The notes under the pieces: model-generated
What the model was told of the DNA's origin: nothing
Seen by the model: the letters and a program-made list of their open reading frames with translations, nothing else
Databases searched by the model: none
Translations under genes and position numbers: made by a program
Shown here: positions 57,500 through 64,000 of the stretch, piece after piece
Layout of the letters: each line of letters begins with the position of its first letter
Position numbering within the stretch: position 1 is the first letter of the stretch
Source: Amphiscolops sp. MND2022
Lineage: Eukaryota
Reading direction: 5' to 3'
Length of the DNA: 64,000 bases
NCBI GenBank assembly: GCA_964187785.1
Contig: OZ076409.1
Location: 8,620,001 to 8,684,000, forward strand

Positions 57500-57966
57500 A
57501 ACAAGCCGGGACCGGCCCAAGTCGGCGCCATATCCAAGGCTCAAAAATAGCAAAAGGACATCAAAGTTTCAAAGTATTCTCTTCTACAGCACTAAAATTT
57601 TTTTTTAAAAAGTCTCACAACGCCAAAAAAAATTGAAAGGGGAGACCCTTTGGGATTTTTCTATACCCAGGCTGTCGCAAAACCCAAAAAAATTGAAGGG
57701 GGGACCCTTTGGGGAAAATTTTTTTCCGAAAAAAAGTCTCGCAATGCCGAAAAAACTGAAAGGGGGGACCCTTTGGTCTCGTCCGGCATTGTATGTTATG
57801 CGGGAAACTTTTTGGTTCTGTTCCCTGGACCAACAGGTGAAATTTGAAATTTTGTAGAACTTTTGGTAGAACTATTTTGGTCAGTTCAGGTGGTCTTAAA
57901 AAAAACACTGACGAAAAGCCATGTCTATAGTCGACTCTTTTCTCTAGAAAAGCGCCGACTAAAAAA
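57500..57966 (-). mobile_element. HINE-like element copy
   Basis: Both termini present; similar to 12190-12592. Confidence 0.75.
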
Positions 57967-60269
57967 TACGGTAAGGTATGCTTGATGCGGCTTCTAATCG
58001 GGGGTGGCCTATATTTGGGGGCGACTTTTTTGCGAAGAATTACGTTACTATTTGGTCTGCAAATGGCGAACTGGATTTGGCAAATCTGCAAAATGCTTGT
58101 TGTGCCAATTGTCGGCCAATAAATCCCTGCGCGCATGTTTTGTTTGCGTTTCTCAGGTGAACGTTTCATTGGATCTGGGAAGCGAAGATTTGTTTGTGTT
58201 GCATAGTTTGCTTTGCTCATGTATCTCTCTATCTGCGGTTGAACAACAGAAAGATTCCAAAAATGCACAAGCAAGCAAATGAATCCCTAATATTATTACT
58301 AACGCCGGTTGTTTATGACACAACTATGTAGTTATAACTTGTTTTCCCGCAAAATGTTCCACGGGTTGTCGCAACACAGGTAAGTTGATTACAGGTGGCG
58401 GATTAATCACAGCGAGAAAAGAGGAGACGTTACTTATGTGGCGTCGGTTCTCGGAATCTTGGGGGGGGGGGTAGATTAACAGGGTGACTTGTACTTCGGG
58501 TATTATTGCGCTTCAGTTTATTGGTCAGTCGATTAAATGAACAAATAATGAATAAATGGTAAGCATTATTACGAAACACCTTTCCTCCTATTATTACTTT
58601 TCTTAGCTGGAAATTGCCACTGAAACCTCAAACCTCTTCTTACCTGTGCGTTGTCTCGATTGGCGCCCGACTGAAACTAATTTGTTATCTACCTTTCAAT
58701 GTTTTAGCAGTTGTCTCTGAAACTTGTCATAGAGCCAGCTCAGTTATGTCGCAATGAAAATGTAAAAGTTGTTATACAAATGCTACCCGACCAGCAGATA
58801 GATTGCGCAAAAGCTGCCATGGTAAATGCTTGGCGCCCCTATGTTGGTGCAGCTATACCATAATTTTATAAATTCAAGGAAATGTTTGGTGACATTCTCC
58901 AGAGTACCTGGCTTAAGTAGGAAAGTATTATCCCGCTGGCTTCCGATTTCCCACAAACACTTACGGCCAACACTTGTGTCACCGGTGGCGCTAAGTCTTC
59001 ACATTTCCCCCAACAACCAACTGACAACCCAGCCGCCGCTTTTTTCGCTTTCTCCCCCGACGTGAAAAATTTATGTGCCAATCACCCAAAGTTGCCCAAC
59101 CACCCACGCCTTTTTTCAACCAAAAAATAAAACCCTCCTAGTCGGCTTGAACTTGTGCGTTGTTTCTGTTTTTGTTTATTTAGTTTTATCAGTTTATCTG
59201 TTGGCGTTCTGTTTTACTTCCTGTAAATGTCGTTTTTTAAACGCCTCGTCAAAAGGTGAGACTTTTTTATTCTTGTGTGATTTCTTGAATTTGTAGTTTA
59301 GTGCATGCTGCTTGTAAAATGGATAAATAACGTCTAATGAAATGACGTCCAAAAGTTTTCTCAGTGAATGATGTCGAAAGAAGGATCATCCAATCGTGAT
59401 CAGTCATGGTCACATACCTCCGAAGCAAAGCGACCGGTCATTACTGGCCTAGCGGCAGATTTTGAACAAGGTCAACCTGGAGGGGTGCGCCGGGAAAGGA
59501 ATGCCGAGTCATACAGCAAATTTTTACATCGGTTGTTTTTACTTTGGCGATTCTTTCCTTCAATTTTTTTGATACTTTGGAACAAATTGGATTTTCAAAA
59601 ATCCCAAAGGCCCCCCTTTTACAATTTTCGGCATTGTGAGATTTTTCAAAATGATTATTTTTCGTCTTAAAATATGTTTTCTCAGCACACTTCATCTGTA
59701 TTTTTTTCAAGACTGGCGTTTTTTCCATGTGTCTGTTTTCTAATTTCCTTTTATTAACGCCCCCTCAGTTTTTACTAGATATGAAACGTTTTCGAGCATA
59801 CAGGACTCTGTTTGGTTTTCGACATTATGCGACCGGAGACATTAATCAAGTAATGTTTTCGAAGAAATTTCGGGAAAATTATTTTCCCCAATTTTTCGTT
59901 TTTTTTGCAATTCTCCAGTTGGGGAAAAAGCGTTGTTCGAATCTTGTACGTATCCTTTCTGGTATTTTTCGGCACTGTAAAATTGATGAAGTTTGAACAA
60001 AAGTGGCTTTTTGCACATATAAAATACCTTACTTTCTTGAACCTTGAGTGGGGTGCCGAATTGGGCCGTTCCCGGTTTGATGACTAAAGATCTAAAATAT
60101 TATAGCTGTTTGTTTGCTTAATCCAGACGTGGGAAAAAACAGTTCTCAATGGGTTGTTTACCAAATAAGTTGTGAACTTGCTCCCAAGGCATGTGAGACG
60201 CTCAAACATGGAATGGGGTGAACAAGAAACATGGTTCAAATACCATTATGTCGAAAAAATGATCAATCG

Positions 60270-61260
60270 ATGTCTCAAAGAAGAGTATTTTCTTCAGAGT
60301 AGCTATAGTGATACCTTTTTATAAGGAAGGATCCAGTAATGAATTTGAAAACTATCGACCAATTGCTCTTCTGCCACCAATTGCTAAAGTCTTTGAACGC
60401 GTTTCGTATAAAAAAGATGATAAGTTACATACTGAAATACAATTTGATAATTGCCAAACAATTTGGATTTTTTCAGAAACGCAAGACAGTTGATGCGATT
60501 GCTTCGGTTATCGAAGAAATAAAATCCTGCTTAGATAGAAAAACACCTTCGTGTTGCCTAATTGATCTAAAGAAAGCATTTGATACAATAAATCATTCAA
60601 TATTACTTGAGAAATTGGATAATTACGGCTTCAGAGGACCTAATTAGCATATACGTAAGTCCTATCTCAGTATAGTACTCAATATGTACAAGTCGGTGCA
60701 CAAATGTCATCTTCACTTGATACTGAGTGTGGCGTTCCCTAAGGGTCTGTTTTAGGGCCATTGTGCTTTATTATATACGTAAACGATTTACCTTTGTGTG
60801 CGGATTCAAATTTCACCCTGTTCACTGATGACACAACTATATCAGAGAAAATTCCATCATTTGATCCCACGAAATTGAATGATCCATAGAGAAAATTGAT
60901 AGAAGGATGAAAGAGAAGAAACTTAAGTGCAATGTGAGTGAATCTACGGCCGTAGTATTTGATAATAACGTACCCTCTCAATTGAGTTTTGGACTTCATA
61001 ATATTTTGGTAAAACCGCAACTCAAGTACTTAGGCATTGTTATTCATGAAAAGTTGACATTCAGTGATCATTGTGCTTGAGTTAAAAACAAATTACACTG
61101 TTCTGAGAGCGGGAACGTTCTTACCAAGATCTCATTGCTGTCCTATTATAAAACGCTCGTAAACCCAATTGTTCAATTCGGCGTCCTAATATTTGGTTGT
61201 ACGCCATTCGAATCTTGATCCCGTTCTGAAAATCCGAAAAGGAATAGTCAGATCGATATG
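60270..61260 (+). pseudogene. Decayed LINE (CR1/L2/Jockey-like) reverse transcriptase
   Basis: YRPIALL..AKVFE, QFGF, DLKKAFDTINH.ILL.KL, GVP*GSVLGP, F(T)DDT and KYLG motifs, with stops and frameshifts. Confidence 0.85.
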
Positions 61261-62488
61261 TTTTCTTCCTATAAATATGTTCCTCAGATAACAATCATTC
61301 AATATGCAAACGTGTACCTGAACTTTGTTTATAACAAGTTCATAAAAGGTTTCATGTTACCAGACTCTACCTTGATAAGATCTATGAGTGATGAAGTGGT
61401 AAAACATTTTCGTCATGACTTTCTGAGAAGCTTTATCCTTGGTAATAGGGATCTTGATTTTTCGTTCGGTAAATAATTTACTTAAACGAAGCAATTCAAT
61501 GCTGTAGCCGAAAGTGGTCATCGCATTGGGTAAGACGGGCCTTACCCAGCCTGCACAATGCGGTATCTGCTGGGTTCTCCCTAGTTAGAAACCATACGCG
61601 AAGTAGGTACTGTACTCTTCACACTTGGGTTGCATGGTTTTCTGTGGAAGTTCCCAGTAGACACTAAGTTCACCACACAAGGCATTTGTGTCCTCTAAGT
61701 TGAAAATACAACTAAGTGCAAAGTATAAAACTGTTCCTTGCCTACTTTATTTATTATTAAAAAATAATTGGAAAAATTATAATTTTTTTGACCATCCTCA
61801 TATTTTCGCTTTGATATGTTTTGAATCACTTTTTATCAGGCTTCCGTTAAGCGGGCATATGCCTTTGGAAGTCTGTTCTGTTATTTGATGATTGTATACG
61901 GTTTGTATTAGCTTGCGAATCTTTCCTTTGAAAAGGAGATAAATTCAAATTCAATACATTGTTTGTGTCAGAATTTCGGTCCAATAAAATAATTGATGTC
62001 GACATAATCCCATCTTTTACATTTATTCACAGTCAAAGTGGCTCGATATATTTTATGGGGAAAGTTTGCGCTAAAATAAGGGACTTTCTATACGATTTTG
62101 GCGTGTAAATTCTTATACAAAAAACTAATTGAAATCCCAACTAGAGTTTTTGCTTCGAGTTTTGTTATTTTTGGTCTTAAATATCAAAAATTGTCTATAA
62201 ACGAATTTTTTTCTCGTCTCAAACTATTTAGCAAGGTATTTTATCCGAAAAGATTTTCTAGGACAATTTGCTGAAAATAAATGTCAGCTACGAGGCTTTC
62301 CATGCCATACTTGAAATTTGTAGTATCATTGTAAAATCGCTCTTCCGAAGTTTGTTGTTTCAAACATCAAAAAGTTTTCGAACTCGATTTTTTTGGCATT
62401 TTTCCCAAAAAACGAAAACTTTTCGTTCAGAGAAATTTGCAGATTTGTAGTAGCCCCTAGATCAGTCTAAATGACAGCCAGCAAGCCT

Positions 62489-62992
62489 CTTTTTTTTTAG
62501 TCGGCGCGTTTTCCTTTTAAGCAAAAAATGCCCGACTATAGCAGTGACCTTTTTTTTTCTTTTTTTCTTCAGACTACAATCCTCACACTGATCGGTCCAC
62601 TTTTTACAATTCTGCGCAGAGCCCGTGGCCAAGTCCGCCCAAGGCAAACTTTACTCCAAAGGGTCCCCCTTTCATTTTTTACTTTTTCAAGGAAACATAC
62701 AAAACCGGACGTGCCCAAAGGGTCCCCCCTTTGGATTTTTTTCGGAACTGTGCGACTTTTTTTCGAAAATTTTTTAATGTCCCCAAAGGGTCCCCCCTTT
62801 GAGTTTTTGATATTTTGCAACGGAATGTTTGTTAATAAATCCACAAGGGTCCCCCTTTTACATTTTTCGGCACTATGCGACTTCTTTTGAAAGAAAAATT
62901 TTTTTCAAAAATTTCAATTTTTTTTTCAAAAAAAGTGTTTTACGCTTTTTGAGCCTTAGATATGGCGCCGACTTTAGACGTTCTCGTCTTGT
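62489..62992 (+). mobile_element. HINE-like element copy
   Basis: Both termini present. Confidence 0.75.
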
Positions 62993-63159
62993 TCTAAACT
63001 GAATGAAATACCCTCGGATCCGTCACGAGAAGTCACGGGATCTTGATGTGTCTTGAAAAATATTCGAGAAAAGATTTATTCTACGATTCGGAAGCACTTT
63101 TTATTTGTTTCTCTCTGACTACCATCCGAAAATGGCGCCGACGTCGGAAAACAGGACTA

Positions 63160-63592
63160 CTTATTCAGCATCCACCCAGCGGAATTGGGGAGAGTAAAAG
63201 TTAATTTCTCCAATGCCGCGGGGTGCGCGTTGAATAAGCAGATCTGCTTTTCTAAGTCGGCGCCCTTTCGGATACTTTCTCCCCATGAGCAAGCTACGGT
63301 ACCATATTTGCAGCCAAGTGGTCAAGCAATGGTGGGCTTGAAGCTGTGGTTTCAACGTGACTTGCTCAAGGTCTCAAAGGTCTGACTGCTCACCGTTGCT
63401 CTTTTTATTTTGCATTTCTCCGGCCAATGCGGTATTTTTGTCATACCACCATAATGAAGGACTATAATGACCATACCACTAAGCTAGGGATGAAGGACTT
63501 GCTTAGGGTCCAACAATGATGAGCTGAGAGAGATTCGAACCTGATACAGCCCCAGTACAGTCCAAATGCTCTAACCACTACACCATGCTCCC
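63160..63592 (-). mobile_element. tRNA-derived SINE
   Basis: Minus strand: TGGTGTAGTGG A-box, GGTTCGAATC B-box, then a body shared with 12995-13245, including a CORE-like GACCTTGAGCAAGTCAC. Confidence 0.6.
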
Positions 63593-64000
63593 CGTGTGAA
63601 AAAAGTTGGGAAATAATCCCATAGAAGATCTTTTGTTCGAATCAACTTACAGTGTGCCACTGGCACATTGAAGCAATTGAAAACTGATGACGAAAAAGTA
63701 ATTTAATGATTCAAGAGCGTTTCTCACAGTGCCGAAAAACCCCAGAGTTAGGTAGTTGCCTTGGTGTCGTACGAACTAACATGGTTTGAAATTTTTGCAT
63801 CCATTCCAAGCTGCGAATACAGGAGAATAACTACATGTAGCTGAGAATAGAAAGGGAATATAATTGATGACAAATAATTTATAAAAAATAATTTATAATA
63901 ATTTTATAATAAGCTAAAACTATAACTTTTGACAAAACAAACTATGATAAAAAAGCATTCCGAAACACAGTTTCAACCCTCCCGTGGTAAGGATTTATCA

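Noticed and set aside
59368..59520. Possible first coding exon (MMSKEGSSNRDQ...)
   Set aside because: Runs into repeat sequence with no identifiable partner exon or homology.

Overview
Eukaryotic (invertebrate animal-type), repeat-rich genomic DNA with three main components. (1) A multi-exon + strand gene (at least 8294-29683, at least 3,161 aa, S/E/D-rich, no recognisable domain). Most of its introns are hAT-type MITE insertions (CAG/CAA...CTG/TTG terminal inverted repeats, 8-bp target duplications) whose ends plus the duplicated target supply frame-preserving splice sites: GC-AG, GT-AG, and predicted GG-AG/GA-AG. This looks like an introner system. (2) A Vav-like Rho-GEF gene (36503-40505) with a similar MITE inside its CH domain. 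(3) A young 12.7-kb Ty3/Gypsy-type element (41435-54177, minus strand) with apparently identical 696-bp LTRs lacking TG..CA ends and an unusually complex gene set: two small ORFs before gag, gag/-1 frameshift/pol with a TARG1/OARD1-like macrodomain between RNase H and integrase, an F-type env, a stem-loop array and a J-domain (HPD) ORF. Env and the J-domain ORF both appear to get their ATG from one splice donor in the LTR. The background is dominated by about 20 copies of a Helentron-associated (HINE/DINE-1-like) element, plus MITEs, tRNA-derived SINEs and decayed LINE fragments. All splice models are read from DNA by eye and need RNA confirmation.
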